Positions 38,033 to 50,961 of a stretch of 64,000 bases of DNA are shown here, piece by piece. Below the pieces are notes generated by a model, which was not told the DNA's origin, ran no database searches, and saw only the letters and a list, made by a program, of their open reading frames with translations. The first letter of the stretch is position 1; each line of letters begins with the position of its first letter. Made by a program: the position numbers and the translations under genes. The DNA lies in assembly GCF_001194135.2 (NCBI RefSeq), contig NC_068989.1, positions 2,080,900 to 2,144,899 of the forward strand, written 5' to 3'. The stretch is from Octopus bimaculoides (Eukaryota).

Positions 38033-39239
38033 AAAAGGAACAGAACACATCAAGAAGCCATTTTAACCGAATGTGTTAAAAATTTAATGGTGGTGAGAAG
38101 TAGCAACACCGTTAAATCAACGAATCATTGATTAGTGGTGATGGCAGAGGTGGGTTTTAGCCCCTGGTCAACTCTGATCGAGCAGACTTGTCATTCGAAA
38201 GCATTCCAATCATGACCATACTTACGAGTGTATGTACGACAACGTCATTCGATGTGCTCTCCTTCATCTAATACTGTAAAGCGTTATTTGAGAGGGATTT
38301 GTCTGCCATTTCTGACATGTCAAGGCGACACGTAGTGGATGTCCCGTTGTTGATTCGTTAGTTAGACCTAAACAGATGTATTGTATGCGATAGACTGAAT
38401 GTTTTAGAATGGCGTGAAACATTGGAGGAGCAATGCAGTCTTGGACATACAAAGAAGTGGGGAAAATTCGAACGCCTTTCAATATGGGTGTCATGATAAG
38501 GGATTACTTGGGGCTAAATTGCAACAACAAAAACGAAAACAAGCAAACAATGGAGCCTCGGGCTAAAAGAAAAAAAAAACATTTGAAATCTACGAATTAA
38601 AAGACAGTCAGATCTAGGACAGCTCGAATGTTCCTAGCTACGGATTACACAACGCTGAAGATTTGATACGAATCGTAAATTCCACGAACCACAATCTGAT
38701 AACTTTCCTACTCGTCTTTCAACTCCACGCTCTTTCAAAATGAGAGCCACTTAATTACTCCGAAAATTTTTAATAACTTTCTGCCATTATACGTTAATTC
38801 ATTTCTACTATTAATTTTATAACTCCCCACGGTGTGCCGAGTTTTGTGCCATTCTCTTATTATTTTATGACCGATGATAATGAAAAATTTGAAACCAATC
38901 TAGAAATAAAAAATAAAAACATAACTTCCTTACGATTTTAATAGTTACTAATTAAATTTAATTGTTATATATTTAAATAATTTAGTTGATGTTTTAGTGT
39001 GTTCATACTTTCCCACTCCTGTTCCTGTTTTATCCCCGCGAAGCTCAGGTGAGACTTTGTACACTTTTTTTTAAATATGTTCTCTTCTCACGTAGCATTA
39101 ACTTGTCGATTAAAGTGTTCGGCACCAACTGATTCAAATCGCTGACGCAATCCTCAACGGCATTCGTAACCAAAGGCGTATGCACTTTGCTATCTAAATT
39201 TTAAAAATTTCTTTTAAACCCTAATTGAAATTAAGAATT

Positions 39240-39572
39240 TTGGCACAAGGCCAGCAATATTGAGGATGGGTAAATCCATTACATCGACCCCGGTCTACAA
39301 CTGGTATTTATTTTATCGATCTCAAAAAGATGAAAGGCTAAGTCGACCTCGGCGGTAGTTGAAGGTAATTAAAGTAATATTATTGCTAGAGCTTAAATGG
39401 AATTTAGTCGATAGCATCGACCGCACTGATTGATACTTTATTTTTATCGACGCTGGTTGGACGGAAAGCGAAGCTGACCTCGGAGTAATTCGAACACAGA
39501 ATATAAATAGTCTTAAGAAATATTGCACGGCATTTTGTCTGACGCTCTAACGATACTGCCAATCTATCACCC
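39240..39572 (-). mobile_element. Two tandem diverged SINE family D copies
   Basis: GGCACAAGGCC...ATCGACCCC...GATGAAAGGC.AAGTCGACCTCGGCGG (39240-39363), then a second body and head (39395-39572). Confidence 0.8.
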
Positions 39573-39931
39573 TAGTAACAACTATAATTAGTTTTTAAAA
39601 TTTCTTTATATTAGTTTATAGAGGAGCTTTCATTGTTAACTGACCTCTGTCTATTACTGGTACGTATGTAATAACTATCAGAAGGAAGGATGAAAATATA
39701 TATTTGATTTCTAGCATAAAAAATGCTACACATTTTAAATCGGCTTCGGTACTTGTCACATCCTTAGTTATCCACTGCAAAAAAGTGAAAGACAAAATCA
39801 TGTCTGGCATGATATGAAATGAGAAAACAAAGGAATGTACATAGGTACCTCAAAGCAACAGAGACAACAATGGTCTAACTTTGGCGTTGCATACAAGGTG
39901 AAATAGAGAGAGAAAGTTGTGGTGAAAGAGT

Positions 39932-40026
39932 ACTGCCGGAGCCTTGTGGAGCTTTAGGTGTTTTCGCTCAATAAACACTCATAACGCCCGGTCTGGGAAT
40001 CGAAACCGCAATCCTACCACCACGAG
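39932..40026 (-). mobile_element. SINE family B head fragment
   Basis: GGAGCTTTAGGTGTTTTCGCTCAATAAA...GGTCTGGGAATCGAAACCGC is the reverse complement of 35655-35735. Confidence 0.88.
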
Positions 40027-40070
40027 GGAGAATAAAAAACACTTGTGAATTTAGCGGTGTGTGTGTACGT

Positions 40071-40106
<36 letters not shown>

Positions 40107-40353
40107 AAAAAAACTAGAGAGGCATTAAGGTGGAGATGGATGGACCGAGTAAGAGGGAGAAAGAGATGCAATGAACGGAAACGAAAAGGAGTTAGAAAAT
40201 GTTAGAGTGAAACCTGTACGGTGAAGTATGATATATGTGTGAGGGAGGGAGAGGGAGAGAGAGGGAGAGAGAGGGAGAGAGAGAGAGAGAGAGACAAAGG
40301 GTGAGATGGAAGGCATATATGTACTACATACATACACACACACACACACACAT

Positions 40354-40397
<44 letters not shown>

Positions 40398-42260
40398 AGG
40401 CATATAGGTCAGGTTTCTCTGCGAGATATGTCAGTCGAAGTATATCCTAATGTNNNNNNNNNNNNNNNNNNNNNNNNNNNNNNNNNNNNNNNNNNNNNNN
40501 NNNNNNNNNNNNNNNNNNNNNNNNNNNNNNNNNNNNNNNNNNNNNNNNNNNNNNNNNNNNNNNNNNNNNNNNNNNNNNNNNNNNNNNNNNNNNNNNNNNN
40601 NNNNNNNNNNNNNNNNNNNNNNNNNNNNNNNNNNNNNNNNNNNNNNNNNNNNNNNNNNNNNNNNNNNNNNNNNNNNNNNNNNNNNNNNNNNNNNNNNNNN
40701 NNNNNNNNNNNNNNNNNNNNNNNNNNNNNNNNNNNNNNNNNNNNNNNNNNNNNNNNNNNNNNNNNNNNNNNNNNNNNNNNNNNNNNNNNNNNNNNNNNNN
40801 NNNNNNNNNNNNNNNNNNNNNNNNNNNNNNNNNNNNNNNNNNNNNNNNNNNNNNNNNNNNNNNNNNNNNNNNNNNNNNNNNNNNNNNNNNNNNNNNNNNN
40901 NNNNNNNNNNNNNNNNNNNNNNNNNNNNNNNNNNNNNNNNNNNNNNNNNNNNNNNNNNNNNNNNNNTATATATATATAAAGTAAAATAGAAAATAACAAA
41001 GATAATTTCGTTATTTGTCACAGTGGTGCGGTATATATTACAAGGAGGAAACGGAAAAGTAAAAACCGATTCTACAGTTTAATGGGAAACATTTAACGGA
41101 AAATAAAACAAACAATCAGAACTCCAGTAGACAAAACCAACATTTCGAATGTAATTTTCTCTTGAAATTCGTCATTGTCTGACACGTCCAAAATAGCTGC
41201 TACTTTATTGATTTTGTGATTAAAACTGCTGGTGAGATGCTGTGTTATTTCTAGACGTATTTGTTTCATTAGGGCAGGATAATGAAATCGGTATAAAGAA
41301 CCCTGTGGAACTCTACACATTAAAACCTATGCTTATGTTCATCACGTTTCTCATTTCCAATTCAACATGGCGTGCTTGTTTGTTCGTCGTTTGTTTGCTT
41401 TATTTCATTATTTTCCTTTTCTTTGCTTAAATCCAATCTGGGTCGATGAAAGAGTTAGTAATGTATTCGTTGGGTTAACTTCAACACTTTGCTGATTTTG
41501 TAATGTATATAATTCCAGTGAGAATTAAATGTATTTTTATAGCATCTCTTTAGTTTTTATATACATTTCTTGCCTTTTGCCTCTCTTGTTCACCAGGATT
41601 GATATTTTTGTAGCACATCTTTCATTTCACGTCTTTATAACATGTTTTTTTTTTATTTGACTCTGGTCCAGGTTTTTGTAAGGCAAATAATTCACTTCAC
41701 TGAATATATTCTGGTGCTTCACTGGGATTATTTTTGTTATTCTTCGCATAACATCTGCTAGTCTTTAGCTTTAATCTTTTACCTGATTCATTCATTGGAC
41801 TTCGACCTTTCGAGGGCAACGCCTTGGAGGACTTACGAGAACAAATCGTGTATGTGTGTGTATGTATGTGTATATTTGTGTGTATGTATGTGGGTGTGTG
41901 TGTTTCAGGTTTTGTTTTCATTTACGAAATTCCATTCACAAAGCATTGGTCAATCAGAAGCGATGATAGAAGACTCATGCTTGCCAAAGGCGCCTTGTGG
42001 TGGAATCGAAACCAGAAAGAAAAGCGTACTTGCAAAGCTAACTTCTGCCAGATACACATGCCTGCGTCCATTATGTTGACCTGAATGCAATCTACGACGA
42101 CAATAAAAGCAATAACAGCAATATTTATTGCTGTTTGATATAATTATTCCGTCTCAAAAATCAATTCGTTCATAAAATTACGGATTTGATGTTTTACTCT
42201 CTTTTGTTCTATTATTAGTTTTTATAGCTTGCATTCTATTAAAGCTTGCATTCCTGTGAA

Positions 42261-42579
42261 GGAGTGTTGCCAAGTGGTTACAGTATCTGGCTCGCGATCG
42301 TATGGCTGTGAGTTCGATTCCTAATAGTGCGTCGTCTCCTTGAACAAGACACTTTATTTCACGTTGCTCCAATCCACTCAGCTGGCAAAAATGAGTTGTA
42401 CCTGTAATTCAAAGGGCAAGGTTTGTCACATTCTGTGTCCCACTGAAGCTCCCTGAGAACTACGTGAAGGGAACGCGAGTCTGTGGAATACTCAGCCATT
42501 TGCATGTTAATTTCAGAAGCGGGTTGTTCGGTTGATCGGATCAACTGGAACGTTCCCCGTCGTCACCGACGGGATGCCA
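42261..42579 (+). mobile_element. tRNA-derived SINE family C, full length (different 5' half, same tail as B)
   Basis: B box GAGTTCGATTCC, central CCTTGAACAAGACACTTTATTTCACGTTGCTCCAATCCACTCAGCTGGCAAAAATGAGT, tail GATCGGATCAACTGGAAC..CCGACGGGATGCCA. Confidence 0.88.
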
Positions 42580-42629
42580 GTTTTTCCATTTGACTGTCCG
42601 AGAGTCCTTGGAGGTTTCTATGTGGTCGT

Positions 42630-42835
42630 TCAACATACAAGAAATAGCAGCCACATCTCCTCCAAATGGCACTCTAATGTCTTGGAAAACAAGAAATGAT
42701 TTGCATTAATTAATGTAGGCCTAGATATTAAAAAGTTAGGATGGTTTTTCAATGGCTAAAATACCTTTGATCTCAGCTGTACGCCAGCAGGGTTCATGCG
42801 GGGTCAAACTACAACAACAATAATGTCAACCACAA
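42630..42835. repeat. Dispersed repeat family E (unclassified)
   Basis: Motifs AGAAATAGCAGCCA.ATCTC and CCTTTGATC recur in either orientation at about 2270-2335, 38155-38221, 44680-44760, 44900-44955, 53770-53885, 54492-54595 and 58360-58670. Confidence 0.65.
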
Positions 42836-42996
42836 TATTTGATTTATAATTTGACACCGAATTCCAAACAATAAAACTAAGCGTATTAATTTATTTTTAG
42901 TTTTCGTTTTAACAAACAACTTTTTTTAATAACTTCTTTTCTTTCATCAACTTTTGTATTCTCAATGTGGTTGTAATTTACAACATTTGCCGCGTG

Positions 42997-43141
42997 TGAT
43001 CATCAGCATCATCATCATCATCACTATCATCATCATCATCGTCGTCATCGTCGTCGTCATCACCATCATCATTATCATGATACAAAAACGCCATCATCGA
43101 TCATCATTATCGCCGTCATCATCATCATCATCATCATCATC
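42997..43141. repeat. (CAT)n-rich trinucleotide tract
   Basis: Direct reading. Confidence 0.93.
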
Positions 43142-43719
43142 NNNNNNNNNNNNNNNNNNNNNNNNNNNNNNNNNNNNNNNNNNNNNNNNNNNNNNNNNNN
43201 NNNNNNNNNNNNNNNNNNNNNNNNNNNNNNNNNNNNNNNNNATATGTATGTATGTATGTATGTATGTATGTGTGTATGTGTGTGTGTGTATTATGTATGC
43301 ATGTATGTATGTATGTATATTATGATCTACCTATTTATCTATCTCTCTATGTATCTAACTTTCTCACTCTATAGATATATATTTGTCATTGTATGTACAT
43401 GTGTACGTGTGTGTGAATTTATGTTTGTGTGNNNNNNNNNNNNNNNNNNNNNNNNNNNNNNNNNNNNNNNNNNNNNNNNNNNNNNNNNNNNNNNNNNNNN
43501 NNNNNNNNNNNNNNNNNNNNNNNNNNNNNNNNNNNNNNNNNNNNNNNNNNNNNNNNNNNNNNNNNNNNNNNNNNNNNNNNNNNNNNNNNNNNNNNNNNNN
43601 NNNNNNNNNNNNNNNNNNNNNNNNNNNNNNNNNNNNNNNNNNNNNNNNNNNNNNNNNNNNNNNNNNNNNNNNNNNNNNNNNNNNNNNNNNNNNNNNNTAA
43701 ATAGAGAGATAGAGAGACA

Positions 43720-43815
43720 GGCAAATAAATAGATAGATAGATAGATAGACAGATAGACAGACAGATAGATAGATAGATAGATAGATGAATAGATAGACAG
43801 ATAGATAGATGGATG

Positions 43816-43880
<65 letters not shown>

Positions 43881-44055
43881 GGTAGCTGGAATGCTGGAAG
43901 GACAGTTCATAGAAAGATAGATAGATAGGTAAATAATTAGACAGATAGACAGGCAAACATAAATAGATAGGTAGACAGACAGACAGACAGACAAATAGAT
44001 AAATAGATAAATAGATAGGTAGATAGTCGAATGGCTGGATGGATAGATAGATAGA
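43720..44055. repeat. (GATA)/(GACA) microsatellite
   Basis: Direct reading. Confidence 0.95.
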
Positions 44056-44189
44056 TAAAACGAGGTGGGAACACGATAGGTATGTGTGCGCAGCGATGTT
44101 TGTTTTCTTGAATGAGTATGCATGTATATATACGTAAAAATATTTAACGTACAGATGAGTAAGAAAGATATGTATCTAAATATATGTGT

Positions 44190-44265
<76 letters not shown>

Positions 44266-44394
44266 GCAGGTATTCCCTATACTCAAAAACAATGAAAGTT
44301 CTGAAAATTTGTGTGATAGAATGTATGCAGATGGAATGTAAATATATCTTCTATAGATTTTGTCTTTGTTTTAAGAAATATTGATTTCTAATAT

Positions 44395-44580
44395 TGGCAC
44401 AAAGCCACACATTTAGTGGGGAGGGGAAAAAGTAAATTCGACTATATCGATCTCAGTACTTCACTGGTGCATTGTTGTCAGATTCCAGAAGATAAAAGAC
44501 AGCGTTTTCCTTTTGGAGATTTGAACTTAGAACGTCATGATCCGCAGTAGATACTGCAAGACGTTTTGTCTGATGCTGTC
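44395..44580 (-). mobile_element. Diverged SINE family D copy
   Basis: TTGGCACAAAGCC..GGGGAGGGG..ATCGATCTCAGTAC..GATTTGAACTTAGAACGT. Confidence 0.7.
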
Positions 44581-44969
44581 ACTGCGCTATAATGACACAC
44601 TTTTCAAAATAAAGAGTTGATAGTTTGATTTAACCTACCCCAACTGTATGACTGGTAGTGGACATTCTTACTCATGCCGTTGTTGTTGATACCTATCCCA
44701 GATCAGCCATGACAAAGCAGACCTATGATCGAAGGCTTACCAGCCGCGACCTTCGCGTCCTAATCACGGTACATTGAAGATCACATCCCGTATAACCTAA
44801 TTTGTTTTGCACAGTAGTGTGTAATTTGATAGATGATTTGGCTGTTATTTTTAGCAATTTGAATAATCATGTAGAGGTCACTATGGTGTTGTTGTTTGGA
44901 GCCAGGTCAAACCTGATCAGGCAGATCAGTAATCATGGTTGTTCTAGCCGTGACCATTTCGTCATCTTA

Positions 44970-45165
44970 TATCGGCAGAGAAGTTGTCCTGAATAGATGC
45001 ATGGATGAATGGCTGACCTTATCATACCTCTACCACATATCATCCTACCTTTACAATATACCATCAATCTGTACAACATAGCGCTATACTTCCACAATAT
45101 AACTTTACAATCTACCATCATACCTGTATAGCATGCCATCTTGCCTCTACAGCTTGCCATCATGC
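44970..45165. repeat. Degenerate minisatellite of about 21 bp (consensus approx. ACCATCATACCTCTACAACAT)
   Basis: Recurring CCATCAT.CCT.TAC. Confidence 0.65.
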
Positions 45166-45884
45166 CTATTAAAAATGCCGCCTTGCTACTACAATCTGGT
45201 CAGAGGTGATATTCTACTTCATTGTATGTCGTACATTATTAAACATGAAAACCTTTTCTCGTACATCTATGACCAGGTCATTGATATTTTATTTCACTCT
45301 CTCTCACCCTCGCAGCTATCAAACTATTTCGTCTCACATCTACAGCCTGGCCACTCTATCATATGCTTATTAAATTCACAATGAACTGTCGTCTCCTGTC
45401 CATATATATTATTAAACATTTAGACCAAATGTCGTACGGCTATAAACTAGTCATTGACACTCTGTTTCACTATATCTTATCTATCATTAACAATAATAGT
45501 CTATTGTCGTGTCTGTCGATGGGTCGGTCGTTCATACTCTACTTCAATCTATTCTCTGTTCTTTTTTTACCAGTTATTGTTTGTACAACCGTTCTGCTCT
45601 TCTTATCGTGTTGTTGTTGTTTTTGTTGTCGTTTTTGCATCAATATATTCAACATTGTGGTGTCTGCATGTGAGTGTATGTGTATGTGCATATGTAACTG
45701 AAGAATACAAATGTCTGTACTTGTACGAGTTCAATTGATCTCGCTTTAAAAAAAGGCAACAATATCGAAATTTCGCAATTTACGTTGCACTAACGATTCT
45801 CGTTTTTGGTTTCGTTTTTTTGTGGGTGGTGGGTGGTGGAAGGGGAGGGGTAGCTTCGGCTAATTATTGACTCTGTCATTGTTG

Positions 45885-45916
<32 letters not shown>

Positions 45917-46163
45917 AATATTTATTGTTTTCTCTCAAGACTTTTAGTTTTCTTTACGTTTGTAGAGATTCTGGATATTGGTAGCTCTTCTATCAATTAT
46001 TTCTTTTGTTGTCGGACAAAGATTTTAACATTTCATAACTAATTGTTTAAGAAATAAAAGTGAACGTCAGCCTTGTCTGTTTTCACACACACACACACGT
46101 GTGTGTGTGCGTGTGTACATATGTGTATACGTGTGTATATATAAATATATATATGTATATATA

Positions 46164-46233
46164 GTCGACTAAAAATTCTTCAAGACGATGCCGTAGCATG
46201 TCCGCAGTCTAATAACGGAAACAAAGATAAAAA
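46164..46233 (+). mobile_element. SINE family A 3' tail only
   Basis: GTCGACTAAAAATTCTTCAAGACGATGCCGTAGCATGTCCGCAGTCTAAT. Confidence 0.8.
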
Positions 46234-46277
<44 letters not shown>

Positions 46278-47611
46278 TTGCTCCCACAGAATATCTCAAC
46301 ATGCATGATAGAGCGGCACCGTATATTCACTGAGTAATCTGCAAGGTCCTGGACCTGCTCCATGATAAAAATTGGTGGGGACGCAAACCATCTCCATGTA
46401 ATTCCAAAAATATTTTCATCTGTGAACATTATCAAAAGTACATTTAAATGTACATAATAGCAAATAGCTTTTACTGTCATCTTAAGATCACGCTATCATC
46501 TTATCATCAAATTAATTTAAAAAAAACTTTTTATTTTCTTATGTTTTGACAGACACTCTCTAGAACAATACTCTGTACAAAACCGAACATATGGTACCCT
46601 AGTCACAAGAAAGATTTGTCGGTAATATAAAGTTTAGTAAGAATATTAAAATGTAATTCAGACAAGACAAATTTAAGAAACGGAGAAGAAAACGCGGCAG
46701 ACTGACTGACCAGTGGAGCAGATAATTCGGGACTCTGGGAAAAGGATCTGATACAGAACCTGTATAATTTCGCGGTTTACATATGTATATTTAGGTATAA
46801 ATGAATGTAAAACTGTGTATGAAAGGTTTTTGAAGTAAGGTGAAGAATGAATATTTTGACAGAGGAAAATTATTCGAGATAAATCTCAATTGGAAGAATT
46901 CTAAAATATGGCTCTGGAGTATTAGACTGGAATGTGACAGAAATATATTCCGTGGACTAAAATAAGACAAATCTATTTAAAATAATTTTTAATAAATTTG
47001 CACACAGCACATACAATATACAGTTACCACCCAGCCATAAACTCAGGTCATAACATAACCCTATATAACAGTAATCCGGCAACACAGTCGCTATCAAATA
47101 ATAATATAACACAGTTTTTAATCCAGTGGTAATCTGATTACTGTGTATCAGAGTATTAGTGAAATATGCAAAAGGTTTCGGGAAGAAACACAAATGTTAA
47201 TCAAAAGTCCAAAGAATATAATTATGTTGTGGGAGAAAAACTAAGACTTCACTGGTTCGAGATGAGGAACAGAGAAAAGAACAAAAAAAAAAAAGGAAAT
47301 AAGAAGGACGAATAAAACCGAGTTGTTTACATCAAAGATTAATTGGTGAAGGAAAACGGAAGTCAAGAAGGCGGAAGAAAGCATCAAAGTGTGTTGCAAG
47401 TAACAGATGGTTGGAAACTAAGGGAGACAAGCGGAGAGATCAAGTTAAGAGGGAGGTTGTGTGTGCATGAAATTGTGTGTATTAGCGTAGAAGAGCGTGT
47501 GTGGGTGTGTATGTTCTGGGGATTATGTATATATCTACGCATGGTTACACATTGTAAATATTCAAGCGTGTATAGTTCGTAATACTCTACATACATGTAT
47601 GTATGAATGCA

Positions 47612-47653
<42 letters not shown>

Positions 47654-47704
47654 GAGAATTCACGAAACACATATATATATATATGAAGGAGAAAAAGAAG
47701 AAAA

Positions 47705-48310
47705 TGAAAAAGTTGACATGCAGACATCGAAGTTCACAGATATCGTTTTGAGCTGAGAAAGTCGAAAGCGAGACTTACATTGTTAGTGTTTGTGAAAGTC
47801 TTACACGGAAAGAGTACAAACGCAGACACGACAAGGTAGTCCAAAACCTTCACTGGTTACTATGTCGGAAGTATGGATATGCGGTAACGGGTGCTTGGTA
47901 CCAACATACACCGGAAAAGGTAATGGACGAAAACGAGAAGGAAAAGATCCTCTGGGACTTTGACTTCCAGACAGACAAGGTATCGGAGTACCGAAGGATG
48001 AATATAGCAATAGTAACCTTTAGGAGGGAGAAGCAAGAGTGCCAATCAACATGGCAGTGTCAGATTATTATCATGAAAGACAAGAGAAACGGTCGACAAA
48101 TATGGAAGCATGAGAATTGAAACCGTCAAGGCGTGGCAGCTGCGAGAGTCCAACGTAAAAGTTGTCCCTGTTGTCACCGGAGCCTTGGATTCCATTCCAC
48201 GCAACCTGAAGAAAGATCTGGACACTTTAGAAATACCCGACAATCTCGGTGTATTGCAAAAATCGGTTTTATTGAGAACTGCACGCGTATGGCGTAATGT
48301 ACTGTTTGTC
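47705..48310 (+). pseudogene. 3' end (CCHC knuckle + RLE endonuclease) of an R4/NeSL-like non-LTR retrotransposon
   Basis: CESLTRKEYKRRHDKVVQNLHWLLCRKYG..WYQHTPEKV..NEKEKILWDFDFQTDK...VKVVPVVTGALDSIPRNLKKDL..LQKSVLLRTAR. Frameshifted, and the PD motif is degraded (RRMNI). Confidence 0.9.
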
Positions 48311-48408
48311 GGAATTCCTTCTTCCGACTTGACAGACTGTACAAAGCCCCGATACACACAATATCTTCAATCTACAGCATCACAATATTCGATACTGTAC
48401 CACGTCTT

Positions 48409-48452
48409 TGATGATGATGAGGATGATAATGATGATGACGATGATGATGATG

Positions 48453-48530
<78 letters not shown>
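48409..48530. repeat. (GAT)n-(AAT)n microsatellite
   Basis: Direct reading. (AAT)n spans 48455-48530. Confidence 0.97.
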
Positions 48531-48534
<4 letters not shown>

Positions 48535-48609
48535 TAGTAACAGTCTGAACGTGAAAATGATTAATCAGTTAAAATCGATACATCAATACAAACCAGTACA
48601 CACGTATAA

Positions 48610-48925
48610 TGAAGGAACTTATATGAACATTAACTTTGAAATATGCACTGAGGCAACCTAGAAGAGAAGATTAAGAACAGTAGAAGCATGTTGAATAAAG
48701 ATAAGAGAATTTGACCCAACACGGACTTAGCAAATACTTAGGAATTAATGAACCACGTGGACAAATGTAAAAGAAAGATAGGAACAAATATTAAAGACGC
48801 ATTAGATTAAGGATTCAAGCAGAGTTAAATGCACAAGGTTGAGATAATAGGCATCAATGCTCTACTTGTGTCAGCAATAAGATATGATATTGTCAAGTAG
48901 CACATTGAATAAATTAGCAAGACTA
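48610..48925 (+). pseudogene. RT domain 7 / thumb relic of an R4/NeSL-like element
   Basis: KYLGINE...KY*RRIRLRIQAELNA, then IIGINALLVSAIRY..IVK. Confidence 0.7.
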
Positions 48926-49935
48926 GAGGGGTTAACATGGTGATTGATTCATTGAGAATATACTAACTACTATCTGATTATATCTAATACACATACAAGA
49001 TGTTCGTCCACTTTTGAGGTCATCTTTTGCTTTGTTTTTGTGGATATTATATAATAATTCGATATTTTGTGGCTGTGGGTGGAGGGATAAGTATAATGTT
49101 ATTGTTATCTATTTCAAGGATTGGAGTTATTCAGTGATGGGGTCTGGCGGGTTTTCTAATTCTAAGTATGCATTATTAAGGTCTCTTCGTGCTGTTCAGA
49201 GTATTTCTTATGTGGCGTGGATGTCATTAATTTTGACGAGTTGTTTATTAGTGATGGACTTTTGCAACTAACTATAAGATCATTATAAAATATCTGCAGT
49301 AGAGGCACAAAATATCTAATAAAGAATAATTAGAAATTAATACTATCAAACACAGAGAAATAAAAAAGCTGTTTCATGTTTTCCTGAGAGCTTTATGGAA
49401 ACAATAGGCTCGGAGTAACAGACAGTTCTGAGGAGAAGAAAATAAAGACATTAAATTGTTCAAAAGCTAAAAAGTAAATAGAAATAGAAATACGGAATAT
49501 CATATTAATAGAAAAAAAACCCCATTCCTTGGCCAATACGAGATTGGCAAATGAGAAGTTGATAAAGAAAAGCTGCAGTAGTGAATGTACAATACAAATG
49601 TAAATACTACGACCGAGGGATTTCTTTGTTGCGGCTCATGTTCAGAATCTTCCCACATGAAATTATTAAAAAACATGTAGTGAAGCTGCATATATTAAGT
49701 ATATTAAGATTCTACAGAATATGCAAAGGCTGACAAGAAATAACTAATCAAAATGTTCCTGGCATTCAAGTCTAAGCGAAAAGCGAATCAAAGAGAACAA
49801 ATATAAGCAAAGCAAGATTGAAGTTTCTGTCCAGTGGAAGTGATGTTAGCATTATGAAATACCTACAGAACAGACGTGGTATCCACATACAATAAAAAAA
49901 GTTTCCGAGAATGACATGTGAAGGTATTCTGGTGT

Positions 49936-49967
<32 letters not shown>

Positions 49968-50029
49968 GCAGAGGGAGAATAAAGCAATCAGTCGGATGTA
50001 AAGAATAAAAAACTTTTTTATTCTTTACA

Positions 50030-50368
50030 GATTTTTTATTCGTTACAGATTGTTTTTGGAAACGTCTAAACCACTCGTACGCTTGTGTGGGGTTTATACA
50101 CTTCTCTCCATACACTTTCTACAACTTTGCGTAGGTCTCTGAGCAGGTATCGCCATAACAGCTTCCTCTGTCGTGATCAATGCGACGATCACATGTTACA
50201 CACGTTATTTCGAAACGCTGCGGTAAAGAGCAGAAGTGAGCTAGAACCTTAAAACTTAGTGCAGATGCACAGCAGAGGTGAAGGTCAATCTGTACCAAGC
50301 GGCGTCACTTTGCGTACTTTAGCTTCGTTGCTATGGCAACAGTCCGGATACTTATTATTCAGACCTCG
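50030..50368 (-). mobile_element. Mariner left end with transposase N-terminal relic
   Basis: Terminus TA-CGAGGTCTGAATAATAAGTATCCGG. Translation GDTCSETYAKL*KVYGEKCINPTQAYEWFRRF (mariner HTH). Confidence 0.8.
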
Positions 50369-50929
50369 TACGTGCATGCATACATGCATACATACATACA
50401 TACATACATACATACATAGGCAGATAGATAGACAGACAGACAGACAGATAGATTGATAGATAGATAGATGGCTGGTTGCATAGATAGATTAATTGATTAA
50501 TAGATGGGTTGGTAGATTGAGTGATTTTTGAGATCACAGTGTAATTCGCCAATGTATCAGCAATTATATAATCGAATAATATTTACCGAACAACCAATTA
50601 AAGAGAAAACAATGAGAAAACAAGTAAAATAATGCTTAAAACAATGGATTACTCGCGAGGAAACATGATTACAAATAAGCACGAGGCTTTATTTAATTAA
50701 TTATAAACCAAACATTTGGAATAATTGGTTAATGTAACTAGAGTTTGATAAACGTCATTAGTGTAATAAGTGTAAAGTAACACGCGCGCACACACACACG
50801 GACCTCGCTTATGTGAGTGCGTGTGTGTCTTTATGTTAATGGTTGTTACCCATTTGCTCGGACAAGTTCGTGTCTCTCTAATTATGCACACTCACGCACA
50901 CACACACGTACACCCACACACCTACACGT

Positions 50930-50961
<32 letters not shown>

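Noticed and set aside
44933-45163. Met/Cys/Gly/Tyr-rich minus ORF as a reflectin or other cephalopod repeat protein
   Set aside because: No reflectin MDMxxY/MD(X)5 motifs. It is explained by a degenerate 21-bp minisatellite.
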